Positions 29,297 through 40,198 of a stretch of DNA of 64,000 bases are shown in pieces (position 1 is the first letter of the stretch; each line of letters begins with the position of its first letter). This DNA is from an uncultured Chlamydiae bacterium. Its GTDB lineage: Bacteria > Chlamydiota > Chlamydiia > Chlamydiales > Parachlamydiaceae. Below the pieces are notes generated by a model that saw only the letters and a program-made list of their open reading frames with translations, did not search any database and was not told the DNA's origin. The translations under genes were made by a program, and so were the position numbers. The stretch is taken from contig CAWHMU010000033.1 of NCBI GenBank assembly GCA_963830365.1, positions 1 to 64,000 of the forward strand. The letters run 5' to 3'.

Positions 29297-32200
29297 ATGA
29301 CCAAACAATACAAAGACCGTTTAAAGATTCTCGAAGACCATGAAATCGACGAACTGTATGGACTGCCTCGTTTCGACCCTGACGAGCAATCGTATTACTT
29401 TTCCATGACGCAAGAAGAGCGAGATCTTGCCAATAGTCATCGATCAATTGAAAACCGTGTGTTGTTCATTTTGCAGGCTGGGTACTTCAAAGCCAAGACA
29501 ATGTTCTTCTCGTTCGAATTCAACGATGTTAAGGACGATATTCGGCATATTCTGCGGCAACATTTCCCTCTTTCCGCTGATACTCACATGGTTGAACCGG
29601 TTCTTCGGCAAACTAAGCACGTCCAGCAACAAAAGATTCTGAATCTATATGGCTATCGCGCTTGCAGTGCAGCAGAGCGAGCCAGCTTGATGGAAAAGGC
29701 TCGCCATGTAGTCAAGATATCTGCCAAACCGATCTATCTATTCCAAACATTGATTCACTATCTGGAGGCCCAGAGGATTGTCACGCCTGGGTATAGCTCC
29801 TTGCAGGATGTTGTCAGTCAGACTTTGGCTGTAGAGCGTGAGCGGATCTCCGAGATTATTAAGCAATCGCTGGACGACAAGACTCGAACTATACTTGGCG
29901 ACCTGTATATCAGTCGCGATGGCGTTTATGCAATTACAGCGCTGAAACACGAACCCAAGGATTTTTCTCTCAAAGAAATGAAATCCGAGATCACAAGATG
30001 CCGATCAGTGGCAGCCTTGTATCAGACTGTGCATAATCTATTGCCAGCGCTAGGCATCTCGAATGACAGTGTAGCTTACTATGCAGCGTTAGTCGATTAT
30101 TACACGGTTCAAAAGCTGCAGAGAATGCCTACAGACATGGTGTATCTGTATTTGCTGTGCTTCATCTTGCATCGTTACCACATACTTAATGATAATCTGA
30201 CCAATGCTGTGATTTTTCATGTTCGCAAGGTGATCGAAGCCGCCAAGGCTGCGACAAAAGAGAAGATTTTTTCGCGACAATTGGAAACTAAAGAGAGCAT
30301 TCAACACGTTAGCCAAATTCTTGATTTGTTTTTGGATGAATCCATTGAGAACAATGTTACATTCTGCGAAGTCAAAATGCTGGCCTTTGACATTTTGGAA
30401 CGAGATAAATTTACGCTGGTATCGCAATTTTTAAAAAACCAGTCAGTCGAGGACGCTGTTTTCGAATGGGAATTCATCGCCGCTTTTGCACCGGCATTTA
30501 AGCAACATATCCGTCCGCTAATCATGCAGGTGTCATTTGCAGGCCATCGTAGCGATGATGGCTTAATAGAAGCCATTACATTTTTAAAGGCAAGTTTTGA
30601 GAAAGGAAAAAGTTTGAACCGATACCGGTTTGATCAAATTCCAAAAGCCTTTATTCCGACAGGCATGAAGACCTACATATACGAAGAGGATGAATTCGGC
30701 AAGAAGCGCATTCACCCAGATAAATACGAATTCTTAGTCTATCGTCTATTGCGCAATTACCTTGAAGCAGGAGATATTTATGTGAGCGATTCCCTGCGTT
30801 TCCGTAGTTTTGAGGATGATCTGATTCCCATCAAAACGTGGCAGGCCAGCAAGGAAAAAATCCTGAAAGAAATTGATATACCTGACTTGGCCAAGTCGAT
30901 GAATGTGCTGCTGGTAGAATTGGAAACAGAGTTGGAGGCTAAATATATCGAGGTAAATCGGCGCATTCAGTCTGGTGAAAATGCGCACATCAAGCTCACT
31001 AAACGACGCGGCCAGATTACTTGGAGTCTGCCTTATGTTCGAGACGAGGATATCGTCAATAATCCTTTTTTCGACAGCCTGCAACAAATCAACATTGCGC
31101 ACCTACTACAGTTCGTCGATTCCAGATGCCAATGCCTGGAATCTTTCACCCATATTCTTAACCGCTATGTGAAGACGCCGATGGACAAGCAAGCGATCAT
31201 AGCCTGCCTGGTTGCGTATGGGACGAATGTTGGACTTGGCAAAATGGGTGAAATATCGGATCTGAATTACCAAACCTTGTTTGCTGCTGCCAACAGTTTC
31301 CTACGCCTTGAAACGCTACGCGAATCCAATGACCGTGTAAGCAATGCGATGGCAAAATTGCCAATCTTCCGCCACTATGATATCGATGATTCGATTCATT
31401 CATCGAGTGATGGGCAGAAATTCGAGACTCAATTTTCTACCATAGGGGCTCGTCATTCACCGAAATATTTTGGTTTGAAGAAGGGCATTAGCCAGTACAC
31501 AATGGTAGCGAACCATGTACCTGTCAACGTTCGCATTTTTGGCGCGAATGAACATGAAAGCCATTATGTATTTGATGTGTTGTACAACAACACCACGGAT
31601 ATTCAGCCGACTATCCACTCCACAGACACACATGGCGCCAATCAGGTGAATTTTGCCATTCTGTCACCATTCGGTTATCAATTTGCGCCGCGCTACAGAG
31701 ATATTAGGAACAAGATGGACACTTTGTATGGTTTTAAAAATCCTAGCGATTACGATGAAAAATTTTTATTAAAACCCACTAGCAAAGCCAATACTCGCTT
31801 GATCATTGAGGAAGAGGATAATATTCAGCACATCTTTGCCTCGCTTGCACTCAAGGTAACCAGCCAGAGCGTTATTATTGGCAAGTTGAGTGCATATGCA
31901 AGGAAAAATCATACAAAAAAGGCGTTGTGGGAGTTGGATAATATCCGACGAAGTTCTTACTTGCTGACTTACGTCGATTCCCTGGCGATGCGCCGAAACG
32001 TCCAGCGCGCACTAAACCGGGGCGAATCATATCACAAGCTCAGGCGTGCAGTGGCCTACGCATATTCTGGTCGTCTCAGGGTGAAAACGGATTTGGAGCA
32101 ACAGATTTGGGCCGAATGCTCCTGATTACTTGCCAATTGCATCATCTACTACAACGCTTGCATACTGTCAGAATTGTTGGAGCGCGCAAAGTGGCGAGGG

Positions 32201-32365
32201 GATCACGAACAAGCCGATCAAATCAAGCGCATTAGTCCTGTGAGCTGGAAGCATGTTAATTTTTATGGGCAATACGACTTTCTGAATGCCGCTAGCAACA
32301 TTGATCTTTCTGCGATTGTGGATTGGTTGGAGGAGATCAACGGCGGTAAAAAAGCCCCTAATTGA
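29297..32365 (+). pseudogene. tnpA: Tn3-family transposase TnpA with in-frame nonsense codon
   Basis: SSSDGQKF, STDTHG, LNRGES.H.L.RA. TGA at 32123-32125 sits in frame with the downstream LLANCIIYYN...ISPVSWKHVNFYGQYDF. Confidence 0.92.
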
Positions 32366-32572
32366 CATTTCGCGGTTTTGGTCAAAAACACCCATTCACA
32401 GCCCATTGACTAGGTACGATGATTCAAGTTTTTCTACATTGCTACTTTCTAGAAAATTTAACGCAGAGACGCGGAGGAGACGCGACGACGCAAGGAAATA
32501 CATGCACATTTTTTTTATTTTGACGACGTCGGGTTTTAACCTGCGCTTGTTTTTAAGGGTTTTGACCCACTG

Positions 32573-33349
32573 TCAAAAGGCGATGGCTTTGCTGATCATA
32601 TCTTGGGGGGCCACGCACATATCGACCGAAATGCCATTTTCCTTAAGGATATCTTGTACGACCTGCAGGGCGACTTCCGGCGTGTTGCATTCGCTGGATA
32701 GGTGGGCAAGATGCACATGCTTCAAATTGGGATGCGCTACCTGGCTGAGCAGCTGTCCGCAGGCCTCATTGGAAAGGTGGCCGCTGCGGCCCAAGACGCG
32801 TTGCTTGTAGATCATTGGACGGGCAGAGGCATGCACCATAGAGGGTTGGTGATTGGCTTCGACATACAGATAATCGCACTCACGCAGCTGATTGGCGACA
32901 AGCGAGGTGACAAAGCCTAAGTCGGTGCAGAAGCCGAGCTTCAGGCTGTTTGTGCGGATGGTGAAGGCTACGGGATCGACGGTGTCATGCTGGATGCTAA
33001 ACGGGTGGATTTCCAGATCACCGAATTCAAAGGTTTCGCCGGTGGAAAATATTTTGAATTTGGGGCAGTCGTGGAAGTGCTCCACGATGGCTTTGGCCGT
33101 TTCGGTGTTGGCAAGCACCGGAATTCCTAAACGATAAGCGAGGACTTTAAGACCTTGAATGTGATCGGTATGTTCGTGGGTGATGAGGATGGCGTCGATA
33201 TCGCCGATATCGACATTGATTTGGGCAAGCTTAGCGGTGATGGCTTTGCCGCTTAAACCTGCATCGATCAGCACCTTAGTCTGGCCGGTTCCCAAATAGA
33301 CGCAATTGCCTTTAGAACCCGAGGCTAACGGACAAAATCCTTTCATCAT
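32573..33349 (-). CDS. MBL-fold hydrolase (YycJ/WalJ-like)
   Basis: LASGSKGN, THEHTDH, HD, EANH, GHLSN, LAHLS; lies near ftsK as in chlamydiae. Confidence 0.9.
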   Translation of the reverse strand: MMKGFCPLASGSKGNCVYLGTGQTKVLIDAGLSGKAITAKLAQINVDIGDIDAILITHEHTDHIQGLKVLAYRLGIPVLANTETAKAIVEHFHDCPKFKIFSTGETFEFGDLEIHPFSIQHDTVDPVAFTIRTNSLKLGFCTDLGFVTSLVANQLRECDYLYVEANHQPSMVHASARPMIYKQRVLGRSGHLSNEACGQLLSQVAHPNLKHVHLAHLSSECNTPEVALQVVQDILKENGISVDMCVAPQDMISKAIAF

Positions 33350-33485
33350 TCCATCCCTAAATTTGGCCCTATTTATATAGTGAAAGGGAATAATCAGGAA
33401 GGGAAAAAACATCTAAAACATAATGTTGATTGACTGGAATGATTTCTTTAATCACAATCGGCTAATATGTCGCTATCAAGGGAAT

Positions 33486-33848
33486 ATGATGAAAAAAGCT
33501 GAAGTAATTTTGGTCCAGATGGATGAGCTTCTCAACCTGCTGATCGACAATGCCAACAAGCTGCTGGCTCTTTCGCAGCAGGTGATTGCAGAAGAGGAAT
33601 TGGCTCCTTTGCAAACGAGCCAGCAGGAACTGCTCGATGAACTGGTGGCGCAGGATGAAGCTTTCCACAAAACACTCCCAAGCCCCAGCCACAACTATCA
33701 GTCCCCACTGCGCAGTCAAATCAATGCCAAGCTCGATCAGTTCGAACAGTTAAATGCCAGCTTCATCGAAAACATCACTTCCGCGCACGGTCTCATCCAA
33801 TTTGAAAAAGGCAAACTCAAAAAAAGCCTTAAAAAAGTCAGCCCTTAG
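33486..33848 (+). CDS. Hypothetical helical protein (FlgN/FliT-like appearance)
   Basis: About 120-aa amphipathic helices; AAGGGA before ATG 33486. Confidence 0.6.
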   Translation: MMKKAEVILVQMDELLNLLIDNANKLLALSQQVIAEEELAPLQTSQQELLDELVAQDEAFHKTLPSPSHNYQSPLRSQINAKLDQFEQLNASFIENITSAHGLIQFEKGKLKKSLKKVSP

Positions 33849-34068
33849 GCCCTAATATCAGGGGTATTCGACTGGGCAAAGGCGTTACTAGCGATGCTTA
33901 TATTTTTCATTTTGCAGCCTGGGGTGTTAGCGCTGCCATTCAAGCTAACATTTTGAATTTTTACCATCTTCCCAGACTGCTTACAGTTTACAACGACCGA
34001 ATAATTAAGGCTTACCAAAATCTGAGGACTTATATCTGCCAAGGGTTCTGATTAGTCGGATGAACCTT

Positions 34069-35457
34069 TTAAAAGCTAAATGAAGAAAACATGGATGTAA
34101 AACTACTTTTTGTCAAAAGTAGAACAGCTTGTTGATTCTTGCATTTTTCAGCAATGTCTTGGGCTGTGCCGGAGTTTTTTCCGCGAGCCGAGATGTCGAT
34201 CTTGAGAGAGGATTTGTTATCCAGTAAAAATTCGAGTAGTTTTAGATACTTTGGATCGGTGGCGGACTGTCGCAGCAACAGATTATAATCTCGTTTTGCG
34301 ATAGATTGTTTTAAAGTCAATTCGTTGGGATAAGTTGAAGCCATCAAGTTGTTAAGTTCATCAGTGCTGCGATGATTTTTTCCTTTTCCGCTCTGAATTC
34401 CATAAAGGGAGTTGAAAATCTCCTTAGTGTCGTTGATATACTCGCCGGTAATGCCTGAAAAAACACGATCGGAGTCTTTACATTCCGGGAAATCTTCAGT
34501 TGAACCATGAGCTCTTTCCAATATTTCGACAGCTTTTTGATTGCTGCATTTTTTGGCAATGTCCAAAGCTGCGCCGGATTTTTCGCCTTGAGAGGAGACA
34601 TCGATATTGAGAGGGGTCGTATTATTCAGCAAAAACTCAAGTAATTTCATGTATTTTGGATCGGTAGCAGATTGCCTTAACAACAGGTTGAAGCTGTTTT
34701 TTGCCAGTGATTTTTGTAGTGTAATATCGTCAGGGTAATTGGAGTCGATCAAATCGCTTAGTTTTAGGATTGCCAGCTGTTCTTTGCTTAATGGCTGCCT
34801 TCGGGCTTGAATAGGCAATTTGAGTAGTCCTTGCTGTTCCAGGGCTTGCATTTTTGCAATGCTGTCGATTTCAAAGTAAGGAATATCATGTTCGGAACGG
34901 TTGGCCTCTCTCATTTGAAATAGAGGAATTTGATTTTTTAACAAACCTGTTTCGAGACTGTGATTCCAATCAGCATCTTCTCTAAGCTGCAGGTATTCTA
35001 GTCTGTCATTGATGAGATTCTCCTTTAAAAGGCGCACATCTCCGTCACGGGCATTAAAGGAAATTTGTGATGGTTGAGAATCATGATCGTTGGATAATGC
35101 AAAGGTCTTAAAGTTAATGCCGAGCATTTTTAGGGTCTTGAAAATTCCAGCTTGTAGATTTGTAGAAGAGTGGTCGTTGGCCGGGCTGAAGACCTTTGCC
35201 GTAAACATAGAAGGATATATTGAGCTGTCAAATTTCTTTTCGAAGATTTCGATGATTTTGGGCATGACAGAAGCGATGGCTGTATGTTTATCAACATAGG
35301 CAAAGATACCAATTTTAGATTTGGCATCATGCAGAGCGATCACCACCGTATTTGCCTTAAGGACCGGTGTCTTGAGCATGTAGGCTTTAGTATTATCTCC
35401 GTTAACAACGGCTAGTTCTCCCGGCAAAACGATACGCGTTTGACATATTGAGCTCAT
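34069..35457 (-). CDS. Effector-like protein: CheD/NTAN1-like N-domain plus two ankyrin-like repeats
   Basis: VLPGELAVV...LKT..L...VVIALHD..SKIGIFAYVD; duplicated ~80-aa unit NLLLRQSATDPKY.KLLEFLL...ID.S..G..SG.A.DIA. Confidence 0.65.
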   Translation of the reverse strand: MSSICQTRIVLPGELAVVNGDNTKAYMLKTPVLKANTVVIALHDAKSKIGIFAYVDKHTAIASVMPKIIEIFEKKFDSSIYPSMFTAKVFSPANDHSSTNLQAGIFKTLKMLGINFKTFALSNDHDSQPSQISFNARDGDVRLLKENLINDRLEYLQLREDADWNHSLETGLLKNQIPLFQMREANRSEHDIPYFEIDSIAKMQALEQQGLLKLPIQARRQPLSKEQLAILKLSDLIDSNYPDDITLQKSLAKNSFNLLLRQSATDPKYMKLLEFLLNNTTPLNIDVSSQGEKSGAALDIAKKCSNQKAVEILERAHGSTEDFPECKDSDRVFSGITGEYINDTKEIFNSLYGIQSGKGKNHRSTDELNNLMASTYPNELTLKQSIAKRDYNLLLRQSATDPKYLKLLEFLLDNKSSLKIDISARGKNSGTAQDIAEKCKNQQAVLLLTKSSFTSMFSSFSF

Positions 35458-35690
35458 AACAATCCTAGGTTCGATTTATGCATCAGCGCAGGTTATTCAT
35501 ATCACCTGCAGAAATAAATTTCGTTTAGATTTTTACTGGAGATATTGAATATTGTCTATGCTTTTTTAAAAAAATAAATGAAGGGTCGCGTGCTCGCATG
35601 AACATAGACAAGATGGACATTTATGAAAGTCTATGCCAGGGTCTTAGGGATAATTGGAGCGGTCGTCCATTTAGTCAATGTTGTCCATGC

Positions 35691-35906
35691 CTATTTCACG
35701 GCGCTTAGGCAAAAGGCTGCCATGCAGACCAGCATGGCGGAGATCATGTAGCAGGCTTGCTGCTGGCTGGCACTTTCTGGATAGGCGTAGGCCAGGTAGG
35801 CGTAGCTGCTGAACAGCAGCGCGAGAGCCAGGAAGACGGTGCCGATGGCGCGCAGCTGGCGTAGACGCGCCTGGCGGTGCTTATCCCAATTGTTTGGATA
35901 GGTCAT
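35691..35906 (-). CDS. Small two-TM membrane protein
   Basis: 71 aa; ATGA overlap with the ftsK stop; two hydrophobic helices. Confidence 0.65.
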   Translation of the reverse strand: MTYPNNWDKHRQARLRQLRAIGTVFLALALLFSSYAYLAYAYPESASQQQACYMISAMLVCMAAFCLSAVK

Positions 35907-38548
35907 TCCAACACTTCCTCAGCCGCAAGATCGGCCAGGGCGTCTTCGACATCGTCTTTGGGGCCGCCGCGGGCAGCCAGCACCTTGCGCGCCTTGCTGC
36001 CGTCGGCCGGGCCGACGACGCCCTTTTGTTCGAGCACGTCGATGAGGCTGGCGGCACGGGCATAGCCGATTTTCAGTTTGCGTTGTAAGAAGGTGGTAGA
36101 GGCGTTGCCAGTGCTGATGACCACATCAAGGGCCTGCGAATAGAGGGCATCGCCTGAGCTATCATCTCCAGCGGTATCAGAAAGCTCCATGTTGCCGATC
36201 TTATCGAACGATTCGATGACATAGCGCGGTGGGGCCTGTGCACAGATGGCTTTGACGACGGCATTGATATCTTCATCGCGGATGAATGCGCCCTGGGCGC
36301 GCATGAGGTGGGATGAGCCGGGAGGAAGGAACAGCATGTCGCCGTTGCCGAGCAGCGATTCGGCGCCGTTATCATCCAGCACGATCTGGCTGTTGACGCG
36401 GCTGGAGACTTTAAATGAGATGCGCGTGGGGAAGTTGGCTTTGATTAGGCCTGTGATGACTTCGCGCGAAGGGCGCTGTGTGGCCAGGATCAGGTGGATG
36501 CCGACGGCTCTTGCCATCTGGGCGATGCGGGCGATGGGGGTTTCGATATCGCTGCTGGAGACCATCATCAGGTCGGCCAGCTCGTCGATGATGCCGACGA
36601 TATAGGGAAGGCGTTCGGGAATATCGAAGCCGAGGGTGGCTTCAAACTCTTTATCGACGGTGCGGCTATTGAAGGCATCGATATTGCGTGCGCCGATGAT
36701 TTTCAAAAGGTCGTAGCGGCGTTCCATCTCTTTGACCAGCCAGTTGAGCGCAGCGCAGGCGCCGTGCGGCTCGGTGATGACAGGCGCCAGCATATGCGGC
36801 AGGCGCGTGTAGGGGGTGAGTTCGACTTTTTTGGGGTCGACCATGACGAGTTTGATCTCATCGGGCTTGGCATTCAGCAGGATCGACATGACGATGGTAT
36901 TGATGCATACCGATTTACCGGAGCCTGTGGCCCCGGCGATGATGCAGTGGGGCATTTTGGTAAGGTCGCTCATCACATAGTCGCCATTGACGGCTTTACC
37001 GAGGAGAATGGGGATGTGGAATTTGCGGCCGGCCTGCTGATAGGCTGCCAGCATATCTTTAAAGCCGACTTCTTCAGGCTGGGCATTGGGCACCTCGATG
37101 CCCACCACGGCTTTGCCGGGAATGGGGGCGATGATGCGGATGGATTTGGCTTCCATATTGAGGGCGATGTCGTTTTCCAGCGCTTTGATCTTCTGCACTT
37201 TGACGCCGATGGCGGGGTGCACCTCGAATGAGGTGATGGTCGGTCCGCAGTTGATCTGGCCGACTTTGGCTTCGATGCCGAAACTGCCCAGCGTTTCTTC
37301 CAACACCTCGGCTTTGCGGCGCAGGTCTTTTTTCAAGGAGGAATGATCCATCTTCTTGGCATTGGTCAGCAGGGAGGTAGAGGGGAGTTTGTAGTTGCTG
37401 AAATCGCCATTATGCACCCTTTGGGCAGCGAGCGCAGCTTCGCGGCGCTGTTTTTGGGGGTTCACGGCGGGTTGTGCGGGGGAGGCTTCCTGCGGCAGGG
37501 CGGGAATGAGGGCTTTTTCCAAGACTTTGCTGGCAAAGACTTTGTCTTCGAAGGGCTTTTCGGCAGCTTTATCGGCAGTTTTCTCGTGAAATTTCTCGTG
37601 TGGTTTTTCGGCTATAGGCGTTTCAGTTTGGGCCTTGCGCGAGAGGGAAGGGCGGGCGGTGGGGTTGCTTTCGGGCTGGATGGCCAGCATCTCTCCTTGC
37701 TGCGAAGGGTGGTGTTGGTCGGTGGACAGCGGGGTCATGCCCTGAGAGCCGGGGATGCGCAATTTGACATACCGCAGGAAGTCGCTGACGCTATCTTTTG
37801 GGGGTTCCTTTTCCTTGGGAGGCTCCACCACCTTTTCTTTGGGGAGGGGAGGGAGTTTAAAGGGTTCGGTCCTAAGCGGCGGCTGTTCAGGCGCTGCGCG
37901 CGGCTGTGTTTCATATTCAGGGAATGAGGGAAGTTTTATCTGTTGCATGAGCTGGCGCAGACTGCCGATGAGCATGAACGGGTTGATCTTCAGCAGAAAG
38001 AAGACGCTGGCCAGCCAGGTGGCAGAGAAGATCAGCAGCACGCCAAGGGCATTGAAGATATACAGCAGGTTGAAGCCCGGCAAGTCGTGATACAAATAAA
38101 AAAATGGGGCTCCACCCAAGTGAAAGTGGACTTTACGTTCCCAGGCGCTGGGGTAGAAGGTGCTGCCCAGCCAGGCGATATTGGCAGGATAGCGGTCTTC
38201 AACCAAGCTTAGCAGAATGCAGGTGGAAGAAACGCATAGCACCAGCCAAAAAGCTTTGCCCAGCAAATTGTCGATGGGTTTGCGCAACAATAAGCGCCAA
38301 CCCATCCAGCCCAGAAAGATGCAGATGAGGTAGCTCCCCAGTCCAAACAGCGCCGTAAAGCTCCAGCCGATGGTGTTGCCGACGACGCCCAGCCAATTGC
38401 GGCTAAAGGTGCCGTGCAAACCGAAGCTGATTAAACTTAAAAAGATGGCCAGCGCGAGCACAAAAATGATCAGGCCGCGCAGTTCAGAGGTGTCGGGGTT
38501 TTTAGCGCTATTGCCGCTAGGCTTCTTCTTGGTGGTTTTTTTTGCCAT
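35903..38548 (-). CDS. ftsK: DNA translocase FtsK
   Basis: N-terminal TM domain, GATGSGKS, IDELADLM, ATQRPS, gamma domain LQRKLKIGYARAA. Confidence 0.97.
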   Translation of the reverse strand: MAKKTTKKKPSGNSAKNPDTSELRGLIIFVLALAIFLSLISFGLHGTFSRNWLGVVGNTIGWSFTALFGLGSYLICIFLGWMGWRLLLRKPIDNLLGKAFWLVLCVSSTCILLSLVEDRYPANIAWLGSTFYPSAWERKVHFHLGGAPFFYLYHDLPGFNLLYIFNALGVLLIFSATWLASVFFLLKINPFMLIGSLRQLMQQIKLPSFPEYETQPRAAPEQPPLRTEPFKLPPLPKEKVVEPPKEKEPPKDSVSDFLRYVKLRIPGSQGMTPLSTDQHHPSQQGEMLAIQPESNPTARPSLSRKAQTETPIAEKPHEKFHEKTADKAAEKPFEDKVFASKVLEKALIPALPQEASPAQPAVNPQKQRREAALAAQRVHNGDFSNYKLPSTSLLTNAKKMDHSSLKKDLRRKAEVLEETLGSFGIEAKVGQINCGPTITSFEVHPAIGVKVQKIKALENDIALNMEAKSIRIIAPIPGKAVVGIEVPNAQPEEVGFKDMLAAYQQAGRKFHIPILLGKAVNGDYVMSDLTKMPHCIIAGATGSGKSVCINTIVMSILLNAKPDEIKLVMVDPKKVELTPYTRLPHMLAPVITEPHGACAALNWLVKEMERRYDLLKIIGARNIDAFNSRTVDKEFEATLGFDIPERLPYIVGIIDELADLMMVSSSDIETPIARIAQMARAVGIHLILATQRPSREVITGLIKANFPTRISFKVSSRVNSQIVLDDNGAESLLGNGDMLFLPPGSSHLMRAQGAFIRDEDINAVVKAICAQAPPRYVIESFDKIGNMELSDTAGDDSSGDALYSQALDVVISTGNASTTFLQRKLKIGYARAASLIDVLEQKGVVGPADGSKARKVLAARGGPKDDVEDALADLAAEEVLE

Positions 38549-38634
38549 TGTCGTTAAATAGTTCCATAGCGGTGAGTTTTGTTTGTTATTATGAATAAAG
38601 TAAAGTTAAATAGTTGTCAATAGCTTTGCAGAGC

Positions 38635-39429
38635 TTAATATGCAGTTTGCCATGAAAAATAGGCTGTGGTGGCAAGTCCCAAAAACAAACAATACCAGGC
38701 AAAATAGATGAATTTATTGTGGGTGGCGACAAAAACAAGCAGACGCAGCGCTGCCACTCCGACGATGAAGGATGTGAAAAAACCGATGAGATAGTGGGCG
38801 GCAGCCACGCTGGCTACGGCTTCAGGATGTTTCCACAGCTTAAAAAGTTCTAGACACGTGCCGCCAAGCACGGCCGGAATGGCCAACAGGAAGGAGAAGA
38901 CAACCGCATCTTGCGCGCTCCAGCCGAGCAGGCGCGCGCCGGAAATCGTCGAACCGCTGCGCGAGACGCCGGGCAGGATGGCCAGCGCCTGCCAGGTGCC
39001 GATCACCAAAGCATCGCGCCAAACATGGCGGCAGCGTTGGCTTTCGGGGACGGTCTTACCATAAAAGACCCCAAGGAAAAGGATCGAAGCTGTCAGCAGA
39101 AAAAAAACACCCAAATACGCCGGCTCGGCATAGGCTGCCTGGATGGGCTTCATGATGAGCACCAGCGGAAAAAGAGGGAGGGTAGCCAGTGCCACCTGGC
39201 GCATGTGCGTCGTCTGGCCGACGAAGAGATTGGCGATGGCGCGAAAGAAAATAAGCGCAATGGCCAGCAAGGTGCCTAAGTGGCAGGCCAAATCAAACAG
39301 CAGATAATGATCGAGATTTTGCAAGCCAAGTAAATGCTGCACAAGTTTTAGATGGCCGGAAGAACTTACCGGCAGAAATTCCGTCAGGCCCTGCACTATG
39401 CCGAGGATGATAGCGTCGAGAGTTGTCAC
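38635..39429 (-). CDS. uppP: Undecaprenyl-diphosphatase
   Basis: QGLTEFLPVSSSGH, PGVSRSGSTI, FSFLLAIP; GTG start at 39429. Confidence 0.95.
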   Translation of the reverse strand: MTTLDAIILGIVQGLTEFLPVSSSGHLKLVQHLLGLQNLDHYLLFDLACHLGTLLAIALIFFRAIANLFVGQTTHMRQVALATLPLFPLVLIMKPIQAAYAEPAYLGVFFLLTASILFLGVFYGKTVPESQRCRHVWRDALVIGTWQALAILPGVSRSGSTISGARLLGWSAQDAVVFSFLLAIPAVLGGTCLELFKLWKHPEAVASVAAAHYLIGFFTSFIVGVAALRLLVFVATHNKFIYFAWYCLFLGLATTAYFSWQTAY

Positions 39430-39485
39430 GCGGCCATTCCTAAATTGGGATATCGATTTGAATGAAAATAGTAGTGGGAAAAATG

Positions 39486-39560
39486 GGCGATCGACGGGAT
39501 TCGAACCCGCGACATTTGGAACCACAATCCAACGCTCTAACCAACTGAGCTACGACCGCC
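39486..39560 (-). tRNA. tRNA-His (GTG)
   Basis: G-1 then GCGGTCGTAGCTCAGTTGGTTAGAGC-GTTGGATTGTGGTTCCAA-...GGTTCGAATCC-CGTCGATCGCC; anticodon GTG. Confidence 0.97.
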
Positions 39561-39836
39561 ATAAGAGGGCTTGTTAACATCAAGACCCTGCAAGAAGTTA
39601 CTGATAATCTGAAAAATAGGCTTTTTCGTCAAGCGCAATTCTCAGCTTTCAGCATTTTTCTCTGACGGTTGTAAAAAATGTGAAAAACTCCCTGAATGCT
39701 TGTCACCAAAGGTGGCAATTTTAGTAGCGGAACAACAGCCTTGTCACTAGGCTGAAAGAAACATTCTCTGAAGAGGCATATGCAAAACTAGGAAAAGGCG
39801 GTCTTTTGGATCTTTTTCGATTGGAGGCAAAAACAT

Positions 39837-40083
39837 GGCTCATCACACAAATGAGTGGTTGAAAAGTGGTTCATCATTTTTTGCAGGTTAAAGATGTGAA
39901 GCAAGGCATGGACAAACCCATCTCTTTACAGCTCGTCAGCTAAGGCTTGCGACCGAAAGCGAAGACAGCCGCAGCTACGGGCTGCAAAGAGATGGGCTTC
40001 GCCTAGTAAAATCTCTATACTCTACTTCACGTCTTTGGCCCCAAAACTGGATAAACGTCAACCACGCATTTGTGTGATGAATC
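39837..40083. mobile_element. Palindromic MITE-like element (copy 2, no IS110)
   Basis: ~26-bp terminal IR GGCTCATCACACAAATGAGTGGTTGA / TCAACCACGCATTTGTGTGATGAATC; internal hairpin CCCATCTCTTT..AAAGAGATGGG; homologous to 5093-7454. Confidence 0.8.
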
Positions 40084-40198
40084 TTTTATAGGATCTTTCA
40101 TTGTTAAACTAGCTATTTACAAATTAATTAAATAATAATACAATTAACATGGAAAAATATTTAATACATCAGGAAAAGTTTAAAAAAAGGAGTTTTTC

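Larger units (their letters stand above)
22350..32393. mobile_element. Tn3-family transposon, 10,044 bp
   Basis: 36-bp TIR GGGTGTTTTTGAC(T/C)AAAACCGCGAAATGTCAATTAG at 22350-22385 and 32358-32393; 5-bp TSD ATTCA (22345-22349, 32394-32398); contains tnpA and resolvase. Confidence 0.97.

Noticed and set aside
36073..38561. Numerous long antisense or alternate-frame ORFs within ftsK, lon, ptsI, dnaJ and the NRPS
   Set aside because: These are shadow ORFs of GC-richer coding sequence with no independent evidence.
39430..39525. N-terminal extension of uppP in the ORF track
   Set aside because: It runs through tRNA-His; the real start is the GTG at 39429.
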